The notes under the pieces: generated by a model
What the model was told of the DNA's origin: nothing
The model's database searches: none
What the model saw: the letters and a program-made list of their open reading frames with translations, nothing else
Assembly (NCBI RefSeq): GCF_001194135.2
Contig: NC_068982.1
Span: 18,381,364-18,445,363 of the forward strand
Length of the DNA: 64,000 nt
Direction of reading: 5' to 3'
Source: Octopus bimaculoides
Lineage: Eukaryota
Position numbers and translations under genes: made by a program
Shown here: positions 11,365 to 23,559 of the stretch, piece by piece
Numbering within the stretch: the first letter of the stretch is position 1
How the letters are laid out: each line of letters starts with the position of its first letter

Positions 11365-12655
11365 TGTAGGATGTCCCAAATTTAAGGTAACCAAAGTTTC
11401 GGGCTTTAATAACTATAAGTAAATATGATAAGATATGAAAATTATACATCATTATAAAAGCTTAGTGTGTTTTGTTTTCGTTTTAAATCAAACAGATTCA
11501 TATTTATAAATTAGATAACGGCTATAAACCGAAATTCTATCATAATCGTCCACAAAGAGACGAAAGGAATACAGCTACAGCAAATACGTTTAAAATTAAA
11601 CGAAGAACAGTCTGGAAAATTATCAAGAAATTTCAAGTGTCTGGGTCCACCACTGATCGACCTGGAGGTGGACAGAAAAGAAATGTACTGACCCCTCAAC
11701 TTATCAAAAGTACCAGAGAAAGGATAAGGCAACTCCTCGTTGTTCCGTCAGAGAACTAGTTGATCTAAGTAAAAATAAGCCGAACATCGATGTTTCAAGT
11801 GCTGAAGGGCATCTCAGGATCCACCCTTACAAGGTCATCCGCTGTCACGAGCTCACGCTTGTTCATAAGGTCATGAGACTGGCGAGAAGGTCTCTTATTC
11901 TGCGTCAGATTGCTGAAGGCACGCTTCCCAACCCGATGTTCACTCATGAATAGAAACTTTACATCGAACAGACAGTAAACCACCAGAATGACCGATTAGG
12001 AGTGTATCTGACTCTGTAGAGCGTAGATTCGTAAATTGACGTCAAAATCCACAGTCAATTATGGATTAGGCGGCTGTGATATCCACTGAAAGATCTCCCT
12101 CGTTTTTGTGCCCTTAGGTGTTAAAATGAACATCCAGCGATACATTAGCGATACTCTGGAAGTTGAACTGCTTCCGTGGCCGAACGAGCACTTTCAAGCC
12201 GCACCCTGGAGCCTCCAATAAGATTTGGTACCATCCCGCAGCTCCAAACAGACTCAAAACTAGATTTAGAAAAAGATCCCATCGTTCACAGGCAAGGATG
12301 TATGGTCCCCAAGTATCCTCGATCTTAAACCGCTGAATTTTTTCTGTTTGATCTATTTTGGAGACGAGGGTATCAAGCAATTCTCATGCTTCGCTCGACG
12401 CTCTGAAGGCAAAATTGCGCGAAGAATGGGCTTCGATTCCGCAAGAACAACGGCGTTCCGTGTGTGAAGTATTCACACCTAGACTTAAGAGTGTAATTCG
12501 AAACAGAGGTGGTCATATCGAATAAATGTGATAGTATCATAGTCTTGTTTCCTTTCACATTGCATTGTAACACACAGACCCGACCAAAATATAATATTTT
12601 ACACCAGCACCTAATTTGAATAGAAATACTGGACAAATAGTTTGAGCATCATATG
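11365..12655 (+). mobile_element. Tc1/mariner superfamily, DD37D (maT)-type transposon relic; transposase about 11530-12525, disrupted
   Basis: KIKRRTVWKIIKKFQVSGSTTDRPGGGQKR (HTH), HPYKVIRCHEL, TVNHQNDR, Q*D...WSPSILDLKPLN, RLKSVIRNRGGHIE*. 37 residues lie between the second acidic residue and the third position (now N). Several stops and frameshifts; element ends are uncertain. Confidence 0.8.
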
Positions 12656-12904
12656 TAGTTTTAAACGATGCAGAAAATTAAACCTGGAGAAGTGTGTTCG
12701 TAATTATTTTGCGAATAACTTTTAAAATAGCTGAGTTGTTATTAATTTTGAAATATTATCAACGGCGCTGGTAAAACATGTCATTAATATCTCTAGTGCA
12801 GATGGAGCAAATATATTGAGGATAGTTCAATGATACTTCTACTTGTCATATTAAAAAATTGAACAAGTGTAAGGGAATATTAGTTACAAATATGGGCTAA
12901 AAGT

Positions 12905-13110
12905 TTTGGCACAAGGCCAACAATTTGAATGCAGTAGGTAAACAGATTACATTTGCACAAGTCCTCAAGTGATACTAATCATATTTATCCTGGAAGCATG
13001 AAAGGCCCAAAGTCGATCCCGGTGGCATATGAACTTAAAAAGTTGAGTTGGAAAAGATGCTTCTAGTATTTTTGTCGGGCAGGGTAACGATTCTTCCCGC
13101 TCGTCGCCTT
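12905..13110 (-). mobile_element. SINE family B, degenerate
   Basis: ggcacaaggccaacaatttg...aaagtcgatcccggtggcatatgaac...ccgctcgtcgcctt is the reverse complement of the family B pattern. Confidence 0.7.
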
Positions 13111-13147
13111 ATATTAGTTGATAACATTAATATAAATATGCCACAAA

Positions 13148-13338
13148 CGCGGCGAGCTGACAAAATGCTTAACGACATTTCATCTGTTTTTACGTTCTGA
13201 GTTCAAATGCCTCCGAGGTCGATTTTAGCTTTCATCATTTCGGGATTGATAAAATAAGTATTAACTGAGCACTGAGGTCGACGTAATCAACTTATAAACT
13301 CCATCAAAATTGCTGGCCTTGTACAACATTTTGAAATC
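13148..13338 (+). mobile_element. SINE family B
   Basis: cggcgagctgacaaaatgcttaacgacatttcatctgtttttacgttctgagttcaaat (B-box GAGTTCAAAT)...ggccttgtac; short deletion in the head. Confidence 0.8.
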
Positions 13339-13499
13339 AATATTTTTATACCACTAGTCACGCTCACGTGACCGTTTCTACATTTCTATAACAATCGGAT
13401 AGCGTGCCATGTTTTAAATTACCTGGATTGTACGTGAACTACAGGCTAATGAACAACGAAAATGGCCAACCCCTGATGATTTAAGATATTCTCGGCCTA

Positions 13500-13760
13500 A
13501 CCGTCTCTTTTGCCGGTCACAAAATTTGCAATAGCAAAGAAGAATAGAAATGTTCTGCTTGGGACGAGAATCAAACTGTTGAACTGTTGCCACAATCAGG
13601 TTTCCGCGTGAGCGAATTTCCAGCAGTCAGTAGGTAAAACATTTTCACAGATTTGATTAACATCCTTTTAGTCGTCCCACAGAAATTCCTAATCCCTTTC
13701 TCTTCAAATGCACGGTGCTCGGAGTAATGGTAGTTATACATCTGTTTAACTACCTGCACA
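13500..13760 (-). mobile_element. Possible Tc1/maT-like transposase N-terminal relic
   Basis: Minus strand GIRNFCG...VKMFYLLTAGNSLTRKPDCG resembles the HTH plus GxxxxRKPGSG segment. Weak. Confidence 0.3.
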
Positions 13761-13786
13761 AATGTTCACATAATACGCAATTTATT

Positions 13787-14166
13787 TTCTTCTTTTCTTC
13801 TTTTATTTGTATCAGTCATTTGACTGCAGCCATGCTGGAGCACCGCCTTTAGTCGAACAAATCGACCCTATGGCTTATTCTTTGTAATCATAGTACTGAT
13901 ACTATCGGGCTCTTATGCCGAAACGCTAGTTTACAGGGACGTAAACACACTAGCATCGGTTGTCAAGCGGTATTGGGGGAGGGGACAGACAAAGACACAC
14001 AAACACACACACACACATGTATTAATATACGACGGGCTTCTTTCAGTTTCCGTCTACCAAATCCACTATAGTAGAAGGCTCTTGGCCAAGGTGCCACGCA
14101 GTGGGACTGAACCCGGAATCGTGTGGTTGGTAAGCAAGCTATTTACCACACAGCCACTCCTGCGCC
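13787..14166 (-). mobile_element. SINE family A, near full length
   Basis: Ends ...ttaccacacagccactcctgcgcc (reverse-complement head) and begins with the reverse-complement tail. Confidence 0.9.
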
Positions 14167-14229
14167 TCATTAATATTTATTAATATATTTCTCATATGAT
14201 ATATGTGATATACTAATAGTGTTCTTTAA

Positions 14230-14560
14230 ACCTCTGAGTTACTTGCATTTACATTGCAACTTCAGATTACTGCTTCTCGTTTCTGTTTTAATGATAAGGT
14301 TTCTCGATTTAAAAGGACGGCTTATTACTGAGTTTCTGATTCTCAAACAACATATCCAACATTGTTACAACGCTTAATTTGATACACAGATGACATTTTA
14401 ATGTCGATTCAATAGTGTCCATCGATACTTTTACAGAATGCCAGTCTTTCCGCAATATTAGTGAACTTCCTGCTGTATGAAACTAGAGCACGAACTCTCC
14501 AACGATCGTTCTCAGGAGTCATTGCTGCGGCCATGTTCATCTGGCTCCGATATATGTTTT
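14230..14560 (-). mobile_element. Possible Tc1-like transposase N-terminal relic
   Basis: Minus strand MTPENDRWRVRALVSYSRKFTNIAERL...KMSSVYQIKR resembles a Tc1-type HTH; interrupted by stops. Confidence 0.3.
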
Positions 14561-15054
14561 GCTCTTAATTCTAATCTCTCAGGCAAATATTAACAACATC
14601 TTGTTTTTCAAATTTGTACATAGATTTAGTTTAATAAGTAGATGACAATCAAAACTTAATTCAGTTTCAAATTCTTGCAGGGAGTGTTTACAATCCAGCA
14701 AACATTCCGAAGTACCAGTGCTATTAACTTGTTATATTCCAAGCTAAAATATCGTCTCATCAATTGACAAATTAGTGCACGGCATTAACAAGCTCGATTA
14801 AGGAGTAGTTCCTCCATCCTTATCGTGTGTCATTATTGCGCATTGCTCTTATCGCTCTGATATATATTGATATATAATGTTTTTAACACAAGTCTATGAA
14901 GAATATTTTCTCTCACAGAGAAACAGAGTCCATCCATCCATGCATATGTGTGTGGCGTGTATGCATATATGTATGTGTCTCTGTGTATTCACAAGTTGAG
15001 ATGTAAGTGTACTTCACCTTATTTCTCGTTGTTTGAATCTCACATGCTATGAAG

Positions 15055-16296
15055 TATGCGTCATCCCATAAATAATGCGCTTTTTATACTTCTAATTTTT
15101 TTCAAAATTAAGATAAAAGTTTTTTTTTTAGATCTAAAACCTACTCTCTTTCATCTTCTATAATGCTCTTCCATTTATCTGGTGGACTTGCAAGGCCCCT
15201 CTTCCAAAATACACTTGTCCGTGACGCAAAATACTCCTCCAGTACTATTCTGATCTCTTCTACAGAATTCATATTTATTCCGTCCAAATGATTTTGAAGA
15301 CTGCGGAATAAATGATAATCAGATGTTCGCGAATATGGTAGAGGGGCATCTTTTCACATTCAGACTGCCTTTGGAATGTGATCCTCGATGTATGTGGCCG
15401 AGCATTATCCTGCTGGAAGAACACCTTTCGTCTTGAAACCAACGATGGTCGTTTTTCTTCTATCGCTGACTAAAGCCGCTCAAGCTGCTCACAGTGAATC
15501 TCCTTTGTTATCGTTTGGCTTGGGTTTAAAAGTTCAAAATGGACTAAACCTTTCATACCCCACCAAACATAACACCTTACGTCGGTGATGACCTTCTTGA
15601 GCCTTGGGTACCGGTGTTTCCCTTCGGCGCTTGACATTTTTATAGAGAACACGTTTCTTGCCACCAGTCACTATTCGGTCCCCTCTCCCAAGGTTCATTC
15701 GTGAGACGTGACAGTTAAGAAGAGCATGCATTCACTCTCTGCGTACGATGAGACTCGAAAAGTTTGTGAGAGACCAATTAACCCAATTTGCTGACGTTTC
15801 CGATGATACGCAAGTGTCTATGAATGGCTGAATGAGCAAATCCAGGTTTTTCTACTAGTTCGTCAATAATTATAATGGGATTTTCTTGCACCAAGTTTTG
15901 CAGGACGTCCTCGTTGAACTCTACAGGTCTTCCAGAACGAAGGCTTGTCTTCTAGACAGTAATATCCCACTTGGTATTTCTGGAAGCACCGTTGAGGCTG
16001 GCTTACGCTTCTTGTCCGATCTCCATATACTGGATCAATATTCCTCGCACTTTCCGTTGCGTTGTTGCCTTTAGTGAACTCATAAAGCAAAATATGCCGA
16101 ATATGCTCCTTTGTCATTTCTATTATAGCTTTGAAAAAAATCTTTTGAAATCGGACTGCACTCTTCAAATCTTGCACTAAGAATAAGGATAAGGTAAATT
16201 TATTACCTGCTTTTACAACAAGTTGATGCAGGTGGTACATCCGACTTTTAGCTCATGAAATTGAAAAAAACCGCATTACTTATCGGATGACCTAAT
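15055..16296 (-). mobile_element. Near full-length mariner; transposase pseudogene about 16117-15130
   Basis: Paired TIRs gtcatcccataaataatgcg (15060-15079) and cgcattacttatcggatgac (16272-16291). MTKEHIRHILLYEFTKGNNATESARNI, RIVTGGKKRVLYKNVKRR, FFQQDNARPH, PYSRTSDYHLFRSLQNHL. Multiple frameshifts. Confidence 0.9.
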
Positions 16297-17387
16297 NNNN
16301 NNNNNNNNNNNNNNNNNNNNNNNNNNNNNNNNNNNNNNNNNNNNNNNNNNNNNNNNNNNNNNNNNNNNNNNNNNNNNNNNNNNNNNNNNNNNNNNNNNNN
16401 NNNNNNNNNNNNNNNNNNNNNNNNNNNNNNNNNNNNNNNNNNNNNNNNNNNNNNNNNNNNNNNNNNNNNNNNNNNNNNNNNNNNNNNNNNNNNNNNNNNN
16501 NNNNNNNNNNNNNNNNNNNNNNNNNNNNNNNNNNNNNNNNNNNNNNNTATATATATATACACACATACACCCACACACAATCAGACACACACACACGCAT
16601 ATATATATGGCGGGGGGGGTTGTATGTACGTTTCTGCGTGTGCACATGTGTGTGACTTCCTAAATGTATATACGTGAGCTTTTGCGCTTACGTATATTGC
16701 ACTCTTAGTTTGAAAATTCACAAGTCTATAGTTATTTGGAAACGATTTTCCGGGGGGAATTTCTAAGCAATTCAAAATATAAATATACAAGTTTATTTAG
16801 CAAAAAAATAAAAATTAACATCTAAATAAATATTAATAACAGATATAAAAAAAAAATAAAGAAATATAATGTTATTCTAGAATATCGATCAATCCGAAAC
16901 TAAAATACCAATAGATATGATTTTGAATTTAATCCTTGTTCAACGAAACGTGAAATTGTTTATTGACACAAGAAATTGGCAAGAGAAGCTATAACAGTAT
17001 TAATAATTCACCAGGGCTCTTAAAGCTCGTGAACAGATGAGTACTAATGGAAATGTATTAAATTCAGGAAAGTTGAATATATAGTTCGCATACATGGTGA
17101 ATTTTCAATATTATGTTGATCTTTTGCTGTTTATTTATCTCAGCGAAGAACAGCTTATGAATATCCTTTCCTTATCTTTAGATATTTGTATCGATTTATG
17201 AGTAGTTTTTAGATCATTTAAATATAGTTTCTACGTACAAAGAGCAGCAGGGACGAAAAGACAGATAATTAAATAGATAGTCGGACGAACAGACAGATAG
17301 GCAAACATATAGACACTAATGTTTACATAAAGAATATTTTAATACTATGTTTTCCCGTATTGAACTATGCAGGAAATATTCAAATCC

Positions 17388-17520
17388 AGGTATGGTTGAG
17401 TGATAAAAGGTTTCGCTCTGAACCAAATGGCCAAGTGTCTTCAAATATAGCCCCGAGTCAACCAAATCCTACTGCGTAGTTTTGGTAAACGGAAACTGGA
17501 AGAAGCACGTCGCATATCCA

Positions 17521-17552
<32 letters not shown>
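17388..17552 (+). mobile_element. SINE family A, degenerate 5' half running into (CA)n and a gap
   Basis: caagtgtcttcaaatatagccccgagtcaaccaaatcc...ggtaaacggaaactggaagaagcacgtcg matches the family A body. Confidence 0.7.
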
Positions 17553-19616
17553 NNNNNNNNNNNNNNNNNNNNNNNNNNNNNNNNNNNNNNNNNNNNNNNN
17601 NNNNNNNNNNNNNNNNNNNNNNNNNNNNNNNNNNNNNNNNNNNNNNNNNNNNNNNNNNNNNNNNNNNNNNNNNNNNNNNNNNNNNNNNNNNNNNNNNNNN
17701 NNNNNNNNNNNNNNNNNNNNNNNNNNNNNNNNNNNNNNNNNNNNNNNNNNNNNNNNNNNNNNNNNNNNNNNNNNNNNNNNNNNNNNNNNNNNNNNNNNNN
17801 NNNNNNNNNNNNNNNNNNNNNNNNNNNNNNNNNNNNNNNNNNNNNNNNNNNNNNNNNNNNNNNNNNNNNNNNNNNNNNNNNNNNNNNNNNNNNNNNNNNN
17901 NNNNNNNNNNNNNNNNNNNNNNNNNNNNNNNNNNNNNNNNNNNNNNNNNNNNNNNNNNNNNNNNNNNNNNNNNNNNNNNNNNNNNNNNNNNNNNNNNNNN
18001 NNNNNNNNNNNNNNNNNNNNNNNNNNNNNNNNNNNNNNNNNNNNNNNNNNNNNNNNNNNNNNNNNNNNNNNNNNNNNNNNNNNNNNNNNNNNNNNNNNNN
18101 NNNNNNNNNNNNNNNNNNNNNNNNNNNNNNNNNNNNNNNNNNNNNNNNNNNNNNNNNNNNNNNNNNNNNNNNNNNNNNNNNNNNNNNNNNNNNNNATATA
18201 AAATATATATATATATATATATATATAAACTCAATTTCTTATGCAGCTTTATGTCTGGTTTATAGGAATTTGTTTGCCAATCACTAAATTTAAATTGTTG
18301 ATTATTTCATTAACTTAATGGAATTCATTTTCTAATTTAAATAATATATTAAGATCCAAAACCTAATATATACACTCCAGCTCTTCGTCTTCCCCCACCA
18401 AACCACCAAATCCCCCACCACCATCACAACCACCACCATCACTACGAACAACTACAAGGACGCCGTCAACACCATCTCATGAACCGTTTTCAAAGGGAAA
18501 CTTCTAGAAACAATGATATAACGTCAAATTGAAATATCAGCCGATTCCGTGTTAAATAACGTTAGCCTGAAATCAAAATATATCTTCATATATTTTGTAA
18601 TGTTTTGTTTTTCGGTTGTTCACCATCTACTTGACGTTTGGTATATATAACTGTTTATATCATACAAGGAAGAGAAACGTGATAGCAAGTTCGTGATAGT
18701 TTGAAAGATGAGTGAAAGAATGGTACACTACAACACGTGTAATATCAATATCAATTTACGAGATGTTGTTTTCAACATTTTCGATGTTTTATTTTATTTC
18801 GTTTATAGTCATGAGATCCGAATATTAGACAATTCTATACAAGATATAATCATGAAATAGAAGAATGATATACCTGGCCAACGATGTAATGTTGCTGTTT
18901 CTCCTTTTCGAAGATTTTTAACTATTTTCAGTAATCATTCAAAAGTACCTGATATGGAAATATTATTATAAGCTATTTAACCTATTAGTTGTGATGCTTG
19001 CGTAATGTATGTAATGTATTATTCATATATANNNNNNNNNNNNNNNNNNNNNNNNNNNNNNNNNNNNNNNNNNNNNNNNNNNNNNNNNNNNNNNNNNNNN
19101 NNNNNNNNNNNNNNNNNNNNNNNNNNNNNNNNNNNNNNNNNNNNNNNNNNNNNNNNNNNNNNNNNNNNNNNNNNNNNNNNNNNNNNNNNNNNNNNNNNNN
19201 NNNNNNNNNNNNNNNNNNNNNNNNNNNNNNNNNNNNNNNNNNNNNNNNNNNNNNNNNNNNNNNNNNNNNNNNNNNNNNNNNNNNNNNNNNNNNNNNNNNN
19301 NNNNNNNNNNNNNNNNNNNNNNNNNNNNNNNNNNNNNNNNNNNNNNNNNNNNNNNNNNNNNNNNNNNNNNNNNNNNNNNNNNNNNNNNNNNNNNNNNNNN
19401 NNNNNNNNNNNNNNNNNNNNNNNNNNNNNNNNNNNNNNNNNNNNNNNNNNNNNNNNNNNNNNNNNNNNNNNNNNNNNNNNNNNNNNNNNNNNNNNNNNNN
19501 NNNNNNNNNNNNNNNNNNNNNNNNNNNNNNNNNNNNNNNNNNNNNNNNNNNNNNNNNNNNNNNNNNNNNNNNNNNNNNNNNNNNNNNNNNNNNNNNNNNN
19601 NNNNNNNNNNNNNNNN

Positions 19617-19812
19617 GCACATATCGTCAGCCACTAAGGGACATGTTCGACTGGTTAAGGTCAAACAATTGACAAGTAAATCTGTGGAATTAAGCAGAAT
19701 ATTTGCTGTAGTCTATCTTTTTATACCAAGATAAAATAATGTACATGATAACACTTCCAATCAATTAAGATCAGAAGCCATGAGGGCCACTGCCTGGTGC
19801 TGCATGTGGGCA
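19617..19812 (-). mobile_element. Probable 5' region of a second Dong-like LINE copy starting in (TAA)n
   Basis: Starts directly after the (AAT)n tail of the upstream Dong-like 3' end and continues into a gap. Assignment is from position and from my recollection of it as an abundant octopus repeat; unverified. Confidence 0.35.
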
Positions 19813-20035
19813 TTTATTATTATTATTATTGTTGTTCAGTAGTTTTATTTTTATAACGTGCTTTCACTTCACTACCGAGCGCAGCTCTGTGCGCCTTGGG
19901 TATGTGCTGTGGTTTGTTGTGATGCTGTCATGGTTACTGTATTGAAAGTGTTTTGCGTAGGAAGTGTGCAGTGCCCACTAGTGCAATTTTCTGGTAATTC
20001 CTGGTGTTTTTGTTATGTATTTGTCTGAATATTTT
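19813..20035 (-). mobile_element. R4/Dong-type RLE LINE 3' end embedded in (TAA)n
   Basis: Minus strand ...NYQKIALVGTAHFLRKTLSIQ* (stop 19934-19936) is the typical QKxxLLGTAxILR C-terminus; about 100-nt 3' UTR; (AAT)n on both sides. Confidence 0.8.
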
Positions 20036-20055
20036 TATTATTATTTTTATTATTA

Positions 20056-20122
<67 letters not shown>

Positions 20123-20151
20123 CATTATCATTATTATCATTATCATTATTA

Positions 20152-20212
<61 letters not shown>

Positions 20213-20234
20213 CATTATTATTATTTTATTATTA

Positions 20235-20295
<61 letters not shown>

Positions 20296-20345
20296 GTAAT
20301 TATTATTATTATTATTAATATTATTATTAGTTTATTATTATTATT
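20033..20345. repeat. Long (TTA/TAA)n microsatellite with TCA variants
   Basis: Directly visible. Confidence 0.98.
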
Positions 20346-20556
20346 AAGGCGGTGAGTTGGCAGGATCCTTAGCACACCAGGTGAAATTTTAAGCGGTATT
20401 TCGTCCGTGTTCACGTTCGGAGTTCAAATTCCACCGGGTTTACTTTACCTTTAATTCTTTCGTGGTCGATAAAACACGTATCAGTTGAATACTGGGGCCG
20501 ATGAAATCGACTGTTCTCCTCCAAAATTTCAGGGCTTGGACCTATAGCAATAAGAG
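20346..20556 (+). mobile_element. SINE family B, full length
   Basis: aaggcggtgagttggcaggatccttagcac (A-box-like) ... ggagttcaaattcc (B-box) ... ccaaaatttcagggcttggacctatag. Confidence 0.85.
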
Positions 20557-21651
20557 CTATCACTGTTATGATATGAACACACGCCATGTTTTTTTGTATA
20601 GTCTCCTTCTTGTACTTGTATAAAGGCTGCGATATTTTCCTTTTTATGAAATAAGATCTAAATATTATAACATGCTTCGGTATTTAGCATACGCCTTAGC
20701 TTCTACAATTTGAATACTATGAGATTTTGTTAGGTATTTTCTTTTCCCAAATTTTACCACGTGATATCGAGGGAACATGAGACTTACTTGACGTGTTGTT
20801 TCCTATTTCAGTTCTTAGTTTTTATATTTTATTTTGACATCTAATCTCATGTAAACCCTGATCGAACAGATGTATGATTACATGCAACCAAGCGTGACAT
20901 TCCAGTCCTCCTCACGAACCAGTGTATCTAGATCCGGTCCTCGTTATAATATATTTCCATCATGTTTTTGAGACAGCGCGTGGCAATACGAAGAGTGATT
21001 AAGGGTAATTTGAGAATAATTCGTCAGAAGATTTGAAACACATTTAATTTATTACTAAATCAAGACTACATTTTTTTTAAAGACATTCGTTAAAAAGTGT
21101 TATAATTATATGGTTTAAGAATATATTATCCTATTGTGTGAGACTTACAAATCAATAATGAAAGACGCAGCTCCCTAGAAATAGTGTTACACGATAATAA
21201 ATTAATGCTAATTCAATGTCTTTTTGATGAAACACATGGTTATCATAACTACTTAAATATTTCGAGTGTGAATAATTCTAAAACAGCATATATGTAAATA
21301 ATAAAATGTTTGTACTCTCATTAACACTTTACATTTACATATTGATGTTATAACATACATATACATATATTGCCAACTAATTTGATATTTTTGCTATTCG
21401 AAATCCAAATATATGAAAACGATAACGGATTATTGACCATTTCTGCATTATCATTATTACCATACAATTACGTTTTTTTAAATATATATATTCGTTATTA
21501 GTTACTTTCTCGCTCTCAATGCAAAATATAAAATATATCGTTTAAATCTATATCGGTTGTGTTTTTATTTACAATTTGTTATGTAAGGAAAGTTTCAAAT
21601 GTTATATAAAATAGTATGATGACACCCAAGTTGAAAGAGAAACGTAACAAC

Positions 21652-21654
<3 letters not shown>

Positions 21655-21728
<74 letters not shown>
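21655..21728. repeat. (GA)n microsatellite
   Basis: Directly visible. Confidence 0.98.
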
Positions 21729-21731
<3 letters not shown>

Positions 21732-23119
21732 GCACTGAGAACGACTAGAGGACGTGCTTAAAAGTTAATTATGTCTGACAATTTAATGCCTGTGAAATCC
21801 AGTTATCAAACTGTTATACGAATGTTGATTACAACTGAGAATAGGTTATTGAAACGAAATGGTACCAAAATGTCGTTTTCGAAATGGTCTTAACTTCTGA
21901 ACTTGCTTTATAATTACTAATGTATAACTTACATTATTTTGTGTAGAAAGCAATGAAAATTACAAGTATATGTTTAGCCAAACACTTCTACATTTACTGT
22001 TCAGTTACATGAGAGTTCAACATTGCACTTATATACTTATTCCAGTGTTTATCTTTTCAGGGATAACACTTTTACGTACTTTTCATTCTGGTAACATTTC
22101 TCGTATGTTGCTTACATTTGAATGACTGTAGTTACAGTGCCAATATTATATATTTACTCAGACAATAAAATGCAGATTAAGGGGGTTGCAAATGTATAGT
22201 CATTGTAATGTGTTCAATTTAGATTCGAAATCTATGAAGCAATCGTACCGTTATTGGTTCTTAAGTCAAATGAAGAAATTGGGGCTAAGGTATTACATTT
22301 GTAATATTCCCTAAGACTAAATAAGGACCGAACATAGTTTCTATACAAAAACAATGTACAATAAACCGCAAGACCTAAGCCCTTAAACAGCAGTTGATAC
22401 AATATATCACGTGACCATAAAAAATGAGCTGCATCATATTTTTAAAAGAATTCTTTTATTAGTACGTTTATTGATGTTTTATGATAGTATTATATTATAG
22501 TGCATAAACATCTACCATTTCAATATTGTATACTACTATTATAATTTGAAATAAAATAGTGCTGTAATAATTTGTCAAACCAAATATAAACTTCCGCGAC
22601 GTCATACATTTATGACCGTCATTGCGATTCATCTTCAGTAGGTATTACTTCATGAAGAAGATTAGTGAGACTGCTACAGTTAGTTTCCGTTTTCATACTG
22701 TAACATACATCGTGTAAAATGTTGTATCGTTGCTACGCATTCTTGTTGTTTCAAATATACGTATCTATCTCCATATATTTGTTGCTGATTGTTTAGGTGG
22801 GGAGAAAAATTTGGCGACAATTGTCTAGAGACAAAAAAATATTGTTTTTCATTTTGTTGTTTAACATACCAAATTGGTTCTATCCTGTTCGGGAATATGA
22901 TGTCCCTCTTGCATACGAAAATAAAATATAAGGCGCAGAATGTTATTTCTCTGTTCATAATTTAAATCATTGAAGGCATGCTTGTAGGGATTTTGTTTTC
23001 GAGCAATTTTACCCGCCTGATTGGAGACTTCTCCATTAAGTGCTCTTACATTATAACTTAAAAACATACTTTTGTCATATAAGGTGCAATACAAAAACAG
23101 CTGCTTATATATGGTATAC

Positions 23120-23196
<77 letters not shown>

Positions 23197-23445
23197 TGTA
23201 TCTGTGTGTGTTTGCGCACGCGCGTGTGTGACCGTGTATTTGTGTTTGTGTAATTATGTATGTATGTACATAATCTACTTACCAAACCGCGAAAGTTGCT
23301 GGCGTTGTGCCAGAATTCGAAATCATTATTATTGTTGTTATTAATAATTTACTTTTTAGATCTCTCGATATTACGTGCTATGGTTTATTCTGTGACAGCG
23401 GACACCAACATGTCAAAGGTCTCACAGTGTCCCTTACTATTATTG

Positions 23446-23492
<47 letters not shown>

Positions 23493-23530
23493 GTCGTCGT
23501 CGTTGTCAGTTTCTTTGCACCACCACCACC
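23446..23530. repeat. (TCA)n/(TCG)n/(CAC)n trinucleotide tract
   Basis: Directly visible. Confidence 0.95.
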
Positions 23531-23559
23531 ACAAAATATTAAATCCAATTTTTTAGCGT

